IMG/VR virus record: IMGVR_UViG_3300046499_000591
Location: 15,198-79,197 of that record
Origin: a virus
Direction: 5' to 3' (one strand)
DNA length: 64,000 nt
A program made the translations under genes and the position numbers. Below the pieces are notes generated by a model that did no database searches, was not told the DNA's origin, and worked only from the letters and a program-made list of their open reading frames with translations. This document shows positions 18,944-27,377 of this stretch, one piece after another. How positions within the stretch are numbered: position 1 is the first letter of the stretch; each line of letters starts with the position of its first letter.

Positions 18944-19927
18944 TCATTGGACGCCTTCGGCGGCGGCCAATTGGTCCGCGCCGCCCCGGGCGACGACGTA
19001 GAGGTCGGTGGGCACAGGCCAGCCCGGTTGCCCGACGTTCTCGCCGTTCAGCCGGCGTGCCCACTGCGAGAAGTTGGTTTCCAGGCCGTTGCCCGCGATG
19101 CGGACCCCGGGCGGCACCATCCGCGGCGTCCCGTCCGGGTACGCGCCGACGGTGTGCCGCAGCGTGACGAACAGCGCCCCGTTCGCCGGATGGTCGGCGC
19201 CCTCCCGCAAGTACCGGTCGATGACCGCGCGGCGGGCCGGCATCCACATGCCCAGCGCGGCCCGGGCGCTCGCCGGCAGCGTGAACGTCTGCACCGTCGC
19301 CTCCGTCCGGCCGGGCGGGTTGACGGTCAGCTCGATCGTGGTCCGGCCCGGGCCGAGGTGCGGGACGTCGGCGCCGACCAGGCCCTCACGGGTCACGCCG
19401 GTCGCCCAGAGGATTTCCAGCGCGGCGAGGAGCCGCAGCCGGTACGGGTCGCGCCGTGGGTCGACGGGCTCGGAGAGGGCGCGACGGAGGACTATGTGGC
19501 CGCGCGGGTCGAGTGGCGCCCGGGTGTGCTTCGACCACGGCCGCAGCCCGGGAAGCTCCCACCAGAACGGCCGGCGTCGCGCGGCCCGGTTGAGGTCTAC
19601 GAGGCCGTCCATGATGTGCCGCTGCATCGCCGGCGCGAGGGCCTGCCCGTATGGGGGGCGGGTGCGGTACGCGCCGGCGGCGACGCGGCCGAGGACGGTG
19701 TCCGGGTGGTCGGGGTGGCCCATGACGTCTCGGTGGAAGAGGGCCGGCAGGCTGCGCAGCGATTCGGCCGGCAGGTCCACGGCCGCCCGCTCGATCGTCC
19801 GTACGACGGTGTGGAGGCGTTCCTCGCGCTTCGCCGACGTATTGATCTCCGGGTCGGCCAGGGCTCGGCGTAGGGCCGCGTGAAGCTGCCGTAGAGCTTG
19901 CGGCGGCGCGGACGACGTCATGGGCAA
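18944..19927 (-). CDS. Tyrosine-recombinase-fold protein lacking catalytic residues
   Basis: RLRLLAALEILWATGVTREGLVG aligns with box I (RD.ALLELLYATG.R.SEL.G) but has T at the catalytic Arg; LPASARAAL..W...R and ALFV motifs present; no HxxR or terminal Tyr. Confidence 0.6.
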   Translation of the reverse strand: MPMTSSAPPQALRQLHAALRRALADPEINTSAKREERLHTVVRTIERAAVDLPAESLRSLPALFHRDVMGHPDHPDTVLGRVAAGAYRTRPPYGQALAPAMQRHIMDGLVDLNRAARRRPFWWELPGLRPWSKHTRAPLDPRGHIVLRRALSEPVDPRRDPYRLRLLAALEILWATGVTREGLVGADVPHLGPGRTTIELTVNPPGRTEATVQTFTLPASARAALGMWMPARRAVIDRYLREGADHPANGALFVTLRHTVGAYPDGTPRMVPPGVRIAGNGLETNFSQWARRLNGENVGQPGWPVPTDLYVVARGGADQLAAAEGVQ

Positions 19928-19983
19928 AGAGTAGAGCGATCACGTCCGATAGGTTGTCTAGAGAGGCGACGGGAGGGGCCCGG

Positions 19984-20733
19984 ATGGCGGACGGCGGCGG
20001 CGTGCCGAAGTACGAGGAGATCGCGGCGGCACTACGGGCGGCGATCTTGTCGGGCGAGTACGGGCCGGGTGAACGGCTGCCCGGCGAGAACCGGCTGATG
20101 GCGGAGTACGACGTCGCCCGAATGACGGCACGGCAGGCCCTCGGCGTGCTCCAAGCCGAGGGCCTGACCGACACCCGTAAGGGGGCAGGCGTGTTCGTGC
20201 GCACGTTCCGGCCGCTACGGCGCCGCGCGGTGCAGCGGCTCGCCGCCGAGCAGTGGACGGCCGGCCGCTCCGTGTGGGCCGACGAGGTCGACGACCGGCA
20301 GCTACTCGTGGACCAGGTCGAGGTGGCCGAGCGGCCGGCGCCCCGCCGCGCCGCGGACCGCCTGGGGCCGCCGGCCGGGCCCGTGTGCGTCCGGTCCCGC
20401 CGGTACACGCTGGACGGCAAGCCGGTGCTGTTCGCGGTCAGCTACCTGCCCGCCGACCTGGTCGCCGGGTCGCGGATCGTCGAGGAGGACACCGGGCCGG
20501 GCGGCGTCTACGCGCGGCTTGCTGAACTCGGCCACCGGCCGGTGCGGTTCGTGGAGGAGGTCCGGTCACGGATGCCGCGCCCGGAGGAGACGCAACGGCT
20601 CTCCCTACCCGCCGGCACTCCCGTGGTCCGCCTATGCCGGACCGCCTTCGCGGAGGACGGCCGGCCCGTCGAGGTCAACGACATGACCCTTGACGCGTCC
20701 GCATTCGTCCTCGAGTACGACTTCCCCGCGTAG
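19984..20733 (+). CDS. GntR/HutC-family regulator with UTRA domain (KorSA-like)
   Basis: PKYEEIAAALRAAILSGEYGPGERLPGE..LMAEYDVARMTARQAL..L..EGL winged HTH; C-terminal UTRA (RFVEEVRSRMP, PVEVNDM). Confidence 0.9.
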   Translation: MADGGGVPKYEEIAAALRAAILSGEYGPGERLPGENRLMAEYDVARMTARQALGVLQAEGLTDTRKGAGVFVRTFRPLRRRAVQRLAAEQWTAGRSVWADEVDDRQLLVDQVEVAERPAPRRAADRLGPPAGPVCVRSRRYTLDGKPVLFAVSYLPADLVAGSRIVEEDTGPGGVYARLAELGHRPVRFVEEVRSRMPRPEETQRLSLPAGTPVVRLCRTAFAEDGRPVEVNDMTLDASAFVLEYDFPA

Positions 20734-20754
20734 CCGGCGTGGTGGAGAATGGCG

Positions 20755-20789
20755 GAAGCCCCGCAGGAGGTCGAGACCTGCGGGGCTTC
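20755..20789. terminator. Bidirectional terminator hairpin
   Basis: GAAGCCCCGCAGG-AGGTCGAGA-CCTGCGGGGCTTC between convergent genes. Confidence 0.75.
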
Positions 20790-20807
20790 TGTCTGTGGCG
20801 GGGCCGG

Positions 20808-21233
20808 TCAGCGGCGGGTATCGACGAGGTGGGCGAACCGCTCGTCGGGGTCGGGGCCGATGCGGGTACCCGGCGGGTACTCCATCTCCGACATGGCGTG
20901 GCACGTCGTCGTGTAGTCGTCGCCCGGGAACTGGACCTCGACGTACTGGCCGGCGAAGCCCGCGACGGTGCCGGCCCGGCCCTCGTGCTTGACGTCCATG
21001 CCGACGAAGAGTTCGAGGCCGTAGTAGCCGCGGATGTGCTGGCGACTCGACTCGATGCGGGCCTTGATGTTCGCCGCGTGCTCGCGGAGGTCGTCGATGC
21101 GGTCGAGGGTGTTGCAGCGCCACCGGTGGACGTCGGGGGTACCCGCGGGCGGGGCGCCGTACAGGCTGTCGTACAGCGTCCGGGCCTCGGCCTCCATCGC
21201 TTCGGCCTCGGCGTGGATGGCGGCGGCGCTCAT
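20808..21233 (-). CDS. Hypothetical protein (coiled coil + SH3-like C-terminus)
   Basis: Overlaps the stop of the upstream gene; GMDVKHEGRAGTVAGFAGQYVEVQF beta-barrel-like segment. Confidence 0.6.
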   Translation of the reverse strand: MSAAAIHAEAEAMEAEARTLYDSLYGAPPAGTPDVHRWRCNTLDRIDDLREHAANIKARIESSRQHIRGYYGLELFVGMDVKHEGRAGTVAGFAGQYVEVQFPGDDYTTTCHAMSEMEYPPGTRIGPDPDERFAHLVDTRR

Positions 21234-21742
21234 GCGCTGGCCTCCTCGTTGTTGGTCTTGCGGGGGCGGCCGGGGGTCCGCGGCCGCCGTGCGGCGTACG
21301 CGATGACCTGCTCCTCGACGAACACCGGGCCGGAGCGGAGGGAGGCGACGATGGGCGGGAACCCGTCGCGCTCGGCGAGTACGCCGGCGCGCTGCCGAGT
21401 GACGCCGAGGATGTCCCCGACTTCGCTGAGGCCGGCCAGCTTCGGAATCGCGGGCTCGGCGAGGCGCCGGTCCATCTCCTCCTCGGTCATCACCTCGACG
21501 CCGAGTACGGCCGTCGAGGCGCCGGCCGCATAGGCGGCGTCGGTGGCGGCCCTGATGCCCGCGTCCATGGCCTTCCGGGCGGTGGTGGCGTCCAGCATCA
21601 TGCGGACGCTGACGTTGCCGCTGCCGGGCGCGTATCCGGTCGTGGCGTGGTGTTCGGTGAGGTGCTCGCGGATCACGTCGAGGGCGCTCTCGGGTGCGCC
21701 GTCGTTGTGGAGCTCGACGTGCACACTCCAGCCGGTCATCAT
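21230..21742 (-). CDS. HicB-like antitoxin / HTH DNA-binding protein
   Basis: Downstream of the hicA-like gene; C-terminal HTH LAGLSEVGDILGVTRQRA and PGRPRK tail. Confidence 0.55.
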   Translation of the reverse strand: MMTGWSVHVELHNDGAPESALDVIREHLTEHHATTGYAPGSGNVSVRMMLDATTARKAMDAGIRAATDAAYAAGASTAVLGVEVMTEEEMDRRLAEPAIPKLAGLSEVGDILGVTRQRAGVLAERDGFPPIVASLRSGPVFVEEQVIAYAARRPRTPGRPRKTNNEEASA

Positions 21743-21818
21743 CGGGTCTATCCCTTCCTTGCCGCTGTCGGGTGGGGGTGCGGGCCGCCGGGGTGCATCC
21801 CGGCGGCCCGCTGTGTTG

Positions 21819-22019
21819 CTACTTCCGGGGCCACTGGAACCCGGCTCGCCGGAGGTCGGCGAGGCAGTTCTTCATGGTGCGGTGGTCGGAGGCGCTGCCC
21901 GGGAGGGTGGTGACCCGGAGGCCGTTGAGCCGCACCGTCTTGTGGCCGTTCTTGGTTGGCACGACCTGGAAGTTCTGGTCCTTGAGGGCCTTTTCGAGCT
22001 TCCTCTGGTCGCTGCTCAT
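21819..22019 (-). CDS. hicA: HicA-like mRNA interferase toxin
   Basis: 66 aa, basic; KNGH..V.....VTTLPGSASDHR..KN...DLRRAGF pattern of HicA-like dsRBD-fold toxins. Confidence 0.7.
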   Translation of the reverse strand: MSSDQRKLEKALKDQNFQVVPTKNGHKTVRLNGLRVTTLPGSASDHRTMKNCLADLRRAGFQWPRK

Positions 22020-22058
22020 CTTCTCGCCTTTCTGTTGCCGCTGTCAACCTTTCTGGCT

Positions 22059-22090
22059 TCAGCTTGCCCCGTCGTGTAGCTACACGCAAG
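22059..22090 (-). promoter_or_regulatory. Leftward promoter with TGTAGCTACA operator (hicAB)
   Basis: Minus strand reads TTGCGT-GTAGCTACAC...CAAGCT; palindrome at 22075-22084. Confidence 0.7.
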
Positions 22091-22157
22091 GGGGAGCGGT
22101 AAGGAATTTTTCGGGACCAATCCGGCGATGTCGTCGGGGTGCGCTACGGTGCCGCCC

Positions 22158-22754
22158 ATGACCAACGACGACCCGCGCGGACGCCGCGACGGACGCGAAC
22201 CCATGGCCACCGCCGACCAGTTGAACGCCGCAATCGAGGCCCTCGGCATCGCCACGGGGGACGGCCCGAAGATGCCCCGGGCGCAGGCCCTCGGCGCGCT
22301 GCTGTTCTGCGTCGAGCAACTGACCATGTTCGACGTCGACCGGACCGACGCCGCCGAGGTGCGCTCCGGGTACGTCAACATGGCGCTCATGGCCGGCCTC
22401 GCCATGGAGGGGGAGCAGCTACCCGCCGGCGCCGTCATGCCCGGCCGGGAGTTCACCGAGGACTTGTGGCTCGCGGCGTCGTTCGCCGTCGCGCGCATGG
22501 CCGAGCACCGGCTGAACATGACCCTGCTCGACATGGAGGAGATGCAGCCCCCGAAGGAGCCGGGCGCGTTCAATGTCGCCTGGCCGGCCATGGCATGGCT
22601 CCGCGCGGCGGTCGCCATCGCCGGACTGATGAACGCCGGCGACGTCTCACCGCCCGAGATCCTCAAGGCGGCGAAGGCCGCGAAGAAGCATGCGGCCGAG
22701 GGCCGACAGCACCTCGCCGACCTGATCAAGCTCGCCGAGAAAGGGGCCGTGTGA
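22158..22754 (+). CDS. Hypothetical helical protein
   Basis: ORF with typical codon pattern, coupled to the next gene (TGATG). Confidence 0.65.
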   Translation: MTNDDPRGRRDGREPMATADQLNAAIEALGIATGDGPKMPRAQALGALLFCVEQLTMFDVDRTDAAEVRSGYVNMALMAGLAMEGEQLPAGAVMPGREFTEDLWLAASFAVARMAEHRLNMTLLDMEEMQPPKEPGAFNVAWPAMAWLRAAVAIAGLMNAGDVSPPEILKAAKAAKKHAAEGRQHLADLIKLAEKGAV

Positions 22755-22996
22755 TGGCCCAGGTGCGACTGATGAGCGATGACGACGGTGAGGTGTCCAA
22801 GGTGCTGGACGCCCTCATGCCCCTCCTGCGGGCTCACCCGGCCTTCGTGGTGAGCGGCACCCGTGCGCTCGGGAAGCGCGGCCCGGGGGAGCGCGTCACG
22901 TTCGAGCTGCTGCTCACCGACGGCGCCGACGGCCCCGAGGTCACGGTGGAGCGGGCCGACAGCCCGCCGCCGGCCCGCCGGGCACTGCCCCGCTGA
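22754..22996 (+). CDS. Hypothetical protein
   Basis: ATG overlaps the previous stop; MAQVRLMSDDDGEV... Confidence 0.6.
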   Translation: MAQVRLMSDDDGEVSKVLDALMPLLRAHPAFVVSGTRALGKRGPGERVTFELLLTDGADGPEVTVERADSPPPARRALPR

Positions 22997-23046
22997 ACCC
23001 GCCATAAGGGGTGTAGCGGCCCCGCCCGGGCCGCTACGCTTCCCGT

Positions 23047-23271
23047 ATGGCGAAGAACATCGAGGTACCGGTCCCCGACGACGTGTACGCGGCCCTCGCC
23101 GAAGAGGCCGAGCGCGCCGGCGTCACGGTGCCGGAGCTGGCCGGCCAGTACGTGATGCACGACGTCGGCCGGCGCCGCTTCCTCGCGGCCGCCGACCACT
23201 TCACCGAGGCGTGGGGGCCGGCGTTCGACGAGCGGTTCGGCACGGTCCGCGCCGGCGGTGCCGCCGCGTGA
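23047..23271 (+). CDS. Antitoxin-like RHH protein (partner of the Doc-like gene)
   Basis: KNIEVPVPDDVYAALAEEAERAG ribbon-helix-helix pattern; GTGA overlap with the Fic/Doc gene. Confidence 0.7.
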   Translation: MAKNIEVPVPDDVYAALAEEAERAGVTVPELAGQYVMHDVGRRRFLAAADHFTEAWGPAFDERFGTVRAGGAAA

Positions 23272-23639
23272 TCCTGACCGTCGACCGCGGCTGGCTCCTG
23301 GACGTCGCGCAGCGGTACGTCCGCCCGGAGCCCGACGTCACCGACTGGGGGAGCCTCGCGGCCGCCGTCGCCCGGCACGCCGACGAGGTCATGGGCATTG
23401 CCGTGTACCCGGAGGCCCACCACCGAGCGGCGTCCCTCATGCACCTGCTCATCCGCGTCCCCGCGCTGGAGCACCGCAGCGAGCTGTTCGGGGCGGCCGT
23501 CGCCGCGGCGTACCTGACCGCGTCCGGGCTGACCGTCACGGTGTCCCCGAAGGACGCGGCGGCCCTCGCCGAGCGCGTCCGGGACGGCCTCGGCGTCCGC
23601 GAGCTTGCCCAGGAGATCAAACGCGACTGGCTCACGTGA
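23268..23639 (+). CDS. doc: Fic/Doc-fold toxin with a degenerate active-site motif
   Basis: D-x-GSLAAAVARH...YP....RAASLMHLL Doc-like scaffold; the HPFxDGNKR position reads VPALEHRSE. Confidence 0.7.
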   Translation: MILTVDRGWLLDVAQRYVRPEPDVTDWGSLAAAVARHADEVMGIAVYPEAHHRAASLMHLLIRVPALEHRSELFGAAVAAAYLTASGLTVTVSPKDAAALAERVRDGLGVRELAQEIKRDWLT

Positions 23640-23651
23640 CCACCGCACACC

Positions 23652-23686
23652 ACGAACGCCCCGCCGGATGCCGGCGGGGCGTTCGT
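23652..23686. terminator. Bidirectional terminator
   Basis: ACGAACGCCCCGCCGG-ATG-CCGGCGGGGCGTTCGT, 16-bp stem. Confidence 0.8.
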
Positions 23687-23689
23687 CGT

Positions 23690-25078
23690 TCAGTGCTCCG
23701 ACGGGGCGTCGTCGCCGGCTGCTGCGGCGGCGGCCGCCGCGGCGTCCTCGGCCGCACGGGCCCGCTCCTCCGCCCGTACGCGCTCCTCCGTCGTACGGGC
23801 GAGTTCCTCGGCCTCGCGGAGCAGCCGGCGGACGCCCTCCACCTCGTCCCGCAGCGTATCGACGCGGGTTTCCAGCGCGCCGGCCCGTTCCGTCGCCCGG
23901 TCCACGTCGGCGCGCGCCCGCCGCAACTCGGCTTCCAGGCCCTTCCGTAGCTGGGTCGCGGCCGCCTCCACGGCGGTAACCCGTGCCGTCGCGCTCTCGG
24001 CGGCCTGGCGGGCGGCGGCGTCCGCGGCGCGCGCCCGGTCGTCCGCCGCGTTCGCGGTCGTCTGCGCGGCGCTGACGGCCTCGGCCGCCTCGGCCTTCAC
24101 GCCGGCGGCCGCGGCCCGTTCCTGCTTCACGGTCGCAGTCATCTCGTCGACGAGCCGCTTGGCCTCGTTCTGCGCCCGGCCGGCGACGGCCTCGCGGGCG
24201 GCGGCGGCCTCCTTCGCGGCCCGGACCGTCTCGGCGGACTCGGCCTTGACCCGCTTGACTTCGTCGCGGGCCTCTCGGACGGCCCGCTCGGCCTCGGCCC
24301 GGGCCTCCGCCACCAGGCGCTCCGCCTCGACGCGGCCAGCCTCGATGCGGTCGGCGGCGTCGGCCAAGGCTGCGGCTGTGTCCTCCGCGGCCTTGGTCTT
24401 CGCCCGCTCGACCTCGCCGGCCGCTTCCGCGCGGGCTGCCTCGACGTCCCGGGCCGCATCCTCGCGGGCCGTCTCGACCTCGCCGGCCGCCTCCGTGCGG
24501 ATGCGCTGCACCTCGGCGTCGAAGCCGGCCCGGGCTTGGTCGAGTTGGGCGATGGCCTCCTCGGCCGCATCGTCCGCGGCCTTCTGGAGTTCGGCGGCGC
24601 CCCGGGCGGCGGTCTCCGCGGCGTTCCGGCCGGCGTGCGCGGTGGAGGCGGTGGCCTCGGCCGCCGCGATTCGGGCGGCGGCGTCGTTGGTGACCGCGAG
24701 CATTTGCGCCTCGGCGGCCTCCGGGTCGGTGATGGTCTGGAGTTGCTGGACGTAGCGGCCGAGGTCGCCGGAGAGGCGCTGCATCGCGCCGAGGACGTCG
24801 GCGCGGAGGTCCACGGCGGTCGCGGCCGCCACGGACACGGGGCGGTCGACGTCCTCGGGCTCGGGCCGGCCGGCGGCCTTGGCCTCCCTGCGGTTGCGGG
24901 CCTTGTACGCCGTGAGCGCGTTGTGGTCCTCCCGCTCGCAGTAGACGGACGGCCGGCCGGTCGTGCCGGGGGCGCGTTCCTTCACCGGGTCCATGCACCC
25001 GGGGTACGCGCACGTCGGGGGCGCCTCGGCGTCGTCCTCGTCGCGCTCTGCCGTTTCGACGCGCTGGGGCTCGCTCAC
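23690..25078 (-). CDS. Long coiled-coil protein with N-terminal Cys/His (Zn-like) domain
   Basis: CAYPGC...GRPSVYC...DH N-terminus followed by about 350 aa of Ala/Glu/Arg heptads; GGAG RBS. Confidence 0.75.
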   Translation of the reverse strand: MSEPQRVETAERDEDDAEAPPTCAYPGCMDPVKERAPGTTGRPSVYCEREDHNALTAYKARNRREAKAAGRPEPEDVDRPVSVAAATAVDLRADVLGAMQRLSGDLGRYVQQLQTITDPEAAEAQMLAVTNDAAARIAAAEATASTAHAGRNAAETAARGAAELQKAADDAAEEAIAQLDQARAGFDAEVQRIRTEAAGEVETAREDAARDVEAARAEAAGEVERAKTKAAEDTAAALADAADRIEAGRVEAERLVAEARAEAERAVREARDEVKRVKAESAETVRAAKEAAAAREAVAGRAQNEAKRLVDEMTATVKQERAAAAGVKAEAAEAVSAAQTTANAADDRARAADAAARQAAESATARVTAVEAAATQLRKGLEAELRRARADVDRATERAGALETRVDTLRDEVEGVRRLLREAEELARTTEERVRAEERARAAEDAAAAAAAAAGDDAPSEH

Positions 25079-25126
25079 CCGTATCTCCTCGTGGTCGTGG
25101 GGCGACGCCGAGTGTACTCACGGGCC

Positions 25127-25191
25127 GGTTTCGTTCCATTCCATTCCATTTCATGGCGCGAGAATGGAACGGAATGGAATGGAACGAAACC
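25127..25191. repeat. Inverted repeat built from TTCCA/TGGAA pentamers
   Basis: GTTTCGTTCCATTCCATTCC (25128-25147) and GGAATGGAATGGAACGAAAC (25171-25190) form a perfect 20-bp inverted repeat, with further pentamers inside. Confidence 0.85.
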
Positions 25192-25287
25192 CCGGCCCGG
25201 GGTCGCGTACGCCCGTTTCCGGCCCGTAGACGCGACGGCGCCCCCGCCGGCAGTCCGGCGGGGGCGTCGTACGGGCGGAGGGGGGCG

Positions 25288-25530
25288 TCAGTCGCCGAAG
25301 ATGGTGGCGAACAGCGCGTAGATGGCGCAGCCCCCGCCGACCAGGATGAAGCCCCACACGATCAGGACGTCGAGGGGGTTGCCGTAGTCGATGGGCGTGA
25401 AGACGTCGGGGGTGTCCTCCGCCTGCTGCCGGGCTTCCTGGTTCTTCATATGCCAGCTCTGCGCGGCCATGTAATCGCTCGCCTGCTGGCGGAACGCGTC
25501 GTCGGCCTGCTGGCGTTCCCAGTCCTGCAT
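25288..25530 (-). CDS. Small membrane protein
   Basis: GGGGGA RBS; C-terminal hydrophobic helix VLIVWGFILVGGGCAIYALFATIF; own promoter upstream. Confidence 0.65.
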   Translation of the reverse strand: MQDWERQQADDAFRQQASDYMAAQSWHMKNQEARQQAEDTPDVFTPIDYGNPLDVLIVWGFILVGGGCAIYALFATIFGD

Positions 25531-25562
25531 GGGTCCCCCTCGTATAGTGCGGATGCGGCGAT

Positions 25563-25593
25563 CAGCTTCGCATCCCGTGTAGCTACAGGCAAG
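25563..25593 (-). promoter_or_regulatory. Leftward promoter with TGTAGCTACA operator
   Basis: Minus strand reads TTGCCT-GTAGCTACAC...GAAGCT; palindrome at 25578-25587. Confidence 0.65.
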
Positions 25594-25600
25594 AGGGGTC

Positions 25601-25786
25601 TTACCAGGTGCGCGGCCCCCCGTAGTACGCCCATTCGGCCTTCCGGTCGGCCTCGACCTGGATCAGAATGTCGCGCATGAAGTCACCGGTGCCGTACTTG
25701 CAGCCGGGCTTGTGCGGGAACGGGAACTGGTTCGACGTCACGCCGCAGCCGCCGCCGTCGCACGTGTCGTAGCCGTACCGGATCAC
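25601..25786 (-). CDS. Small Cys-containing hypothetical protein
   Basis: GTG overlaps the recombinase stop; VIRYGYDTCDGGGCG...HKPGC. Confidence 0.45.
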   Translation of the reverse strand: MIRYGYDTCDGGGCGVTSNQFPFPHKPGCKYGTGDFMRDILIQVEADRKAEWAYYGGPRTW

Positions 25787-26859
25787 AGGCCGATGCCTCT
25801 CATGGGGTTCTCTTCGCGGTCGTCCACGGGCCGGATGTACGCGAGGACTTGCGGCGAGTTCTCCGCCCACCGGCCCTGGGTGCGGATCGCGGAGACGGGC
25901 GCCTTCTGTCGGTACGCCTCGCTCGCGCCGCCGGCCCGGAAGCCGTGGGCGGTGTAGGTCAGTCCGTCGTCGGGGAACACGACGGCGGCCCGGCGCTGCA
26001 CCATCTCGTTGATGGCGTCGCCGGACATGGAGTCGTGGGTGATCTGGTCCCACTGGTTGATGGCGCGCAGGAGTCGGCCGGTGGTGATGCCGCGGTCGGC
26101 GAGCGCGGCCCGGTACGCGCGGACGACGCGGACGGGGTCGGTGTCGTTGTGGACGCCGCGCGGCACGATGACCTCGACGCCGTCGCCCTCCTGGTCGGTC
26201 TTGGAGGCGCGGATCAGGATGGTGAGGTCGCCCTCGTCGTCCTCGCTGATGTCTTCCAGGTGTAGGCCGGCCAGTTCGGAGCGGCGGGCCATCATCGCGA
26301 ACCCGAGGACGAGGATGACCCGGTCGCGGAGGCCGGCGAGGGTGGTGAGGTCGCACGTGTCGATGAGGGCGCGCAGCTTGGCGAGGTTGATGGGCGGCGC
26401 CTTGCGCTTGCGGGTGCCGGCCTTCGCGCGCCCCTTCTTGTAGGCGGCGAGCAGGCGCAGCGCGCCGGCGGTGTCCGGCTGGTCGCGGTAGCCGGCCGAC
26501 TTGTGGCGGGAGCGGATGACGCCGAGGGCCTGCTCGATGCTGGACGGGGCCGGCGTGCGGCCGGTGCGCTCCGACGGGGTCACGGTCATGTGCCGGACGT
26601 ACTCGGTGAGGGTGGCCGGCGTCGCCGGCAGCGGCACCCGCCCCTGGACGGTGCACCAGCCGGCGAACGTCTGCCACTGTCGGGTGTAGGCGCGTTGGGT
26701 GTTCTCGGGGACGGAGTCGACGAGGGCCTGGCGGGTCTCGTCGCTCACCTCGTGGTCGCGGTCGGTGTGGACGAGGGGCGTCTCGGGGCGTGCCGCCGGC
26801 AGGAGGTGGTCGTCGTCGACGAGCTCGGCGTCGACCACTTCGGATTCGTCGTCTGTCAC
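25783..26859 (-). CDS. Cre-like tyrosine recombinase (putative dimer resolvase)
   Basis: Complete catalytic set as in Cre: R (MMARRSEL), K (SKTDQ), HxxR (HGFR), W (QGRW), Y (LAYIR); N-terminal NTQRAY...W..F..WC core-binding domain. Confidence 0.9.
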   Translation of the reverse strand: MTDDESEVVDAELVDDDHLLPAARPETPLVHTDRDHEVSDETRQALVDSVPENTQRAYTRQWQTFAGWCTVQGRVPLPATPATLTEYVRHMTVTPSERTGRTPAPSSIEQALGVIRSRHKSAGYRDQPDTAGALRLLAAYKKGRAKAGTRKRKAPPINLAKLRALIDTCDLTTLAGLRDRVILVLGFAMMARRSELAGLHLEDISEDDEGDLTILIRASKTDQEGDGVEVIVPRGVHNDTDPVRVVRAYRAALADRGITTGRLLRAINQWDQITHDSMSGDAINEMVQRRAAVVFPDDGLTYTAHGFRAGGASEAYRQKAPVSAIRTQGRWAENSPQVLAYIRPVDDREENPMRGIGL

Positions 26860-26871
26860 GCCCTCAATCTT

Positions 26872-26899
26872 ACCCGTGATAAGCCAAGTTATCCGGGGT
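26872..26899. other. Putative 11-6-11 recombination core site (lox/dif-like)
   Basis: ACCCGTGATAA-GCCAAG-TTATCCGGGGT; arms 9/11 inverted, with the inner TAA/TTA typical of tyrosine recombinase sites; 12 bp upstream of the recombinase start. Confidence 0.7.
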
Positions 26900-27056
26900 T
26901 ATGCGCTGAACGGCTCCTGATACAGGGCCAGAAAACGGCTGTGCGGCTCCGTGGGAGCCGAACGGCCCTCCCGACGTCCGGTCGCACCGGACACGGCGAG
27001 ATCGTCGACGAGAGGGCCCGTTCTGTGGGTCGCGTTTCTACCGATCCGCGAGCGTT

Positions 27057-27377
27057 TCACCCTTTGGGCGGATTGACGAGACGGGCGCGGGAGTTCACGC
27101 ACTCGAACCGGTCCCATGGCATCGGATGGGAACACTCGTTGCCATGCTCGGGGCAGTCGGTGCAGTCCGGGCAGTAATCCTCATCCGGCCGGAACACGCG
27201 CCGACACCGACCACACACAGGGTGCCGCTTCATCCGGCCCAGATTGATCGCCAGGTTCACGGCCGCGTCCGCCGCCGTGCCCGGCTCGGGCACGACGTAG
27301 AGGAGCTCGTACTCCAGCACGGCAATGCGCAGGCGGTCGGCGCGCGACCGGGCGGGACGACGACGGAACCAGGGCAC
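27057..27377 (-). CDS. Cys-rich hypothetical protein
   Basis: CGRC...CPDCTDCPEH...C motifs; start uncertain. Confidence 0.45.
   Translation of the reverse strand: MPWFRRRPARSRADRLRIAVLEYELLYVVPEPGTAADAAVNLAINLGRMKRHPVCGRCRRVFRPDEDYCPDCTDCPEHGNECSHPMPWDRFECVNSRARLVNPPKG

Noticed and set aside
19984-20733. Inserted AICE/pSAM2-like conjugative element suggested by the KorSA-like GntR
   Set aside because: No TraB/FtsK translocase, RepSA, or integrase-excisionase pair nearby.
25128-25190. Eukaryotic (GGAAT)n satellite contamination
   Set aside because: Short, arranged as an inverted repeat, and embedded in an intergenic promoter region with continuous flanks.
26872-26899. Host chromosomal dif site (XerCD-mediated integration)
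   Set aside because: The right arm TTATCCGGGGT does not match the conserved XerD arm TTATGT.AA.T; a symmetric site for the adjacent recombinase fits better.
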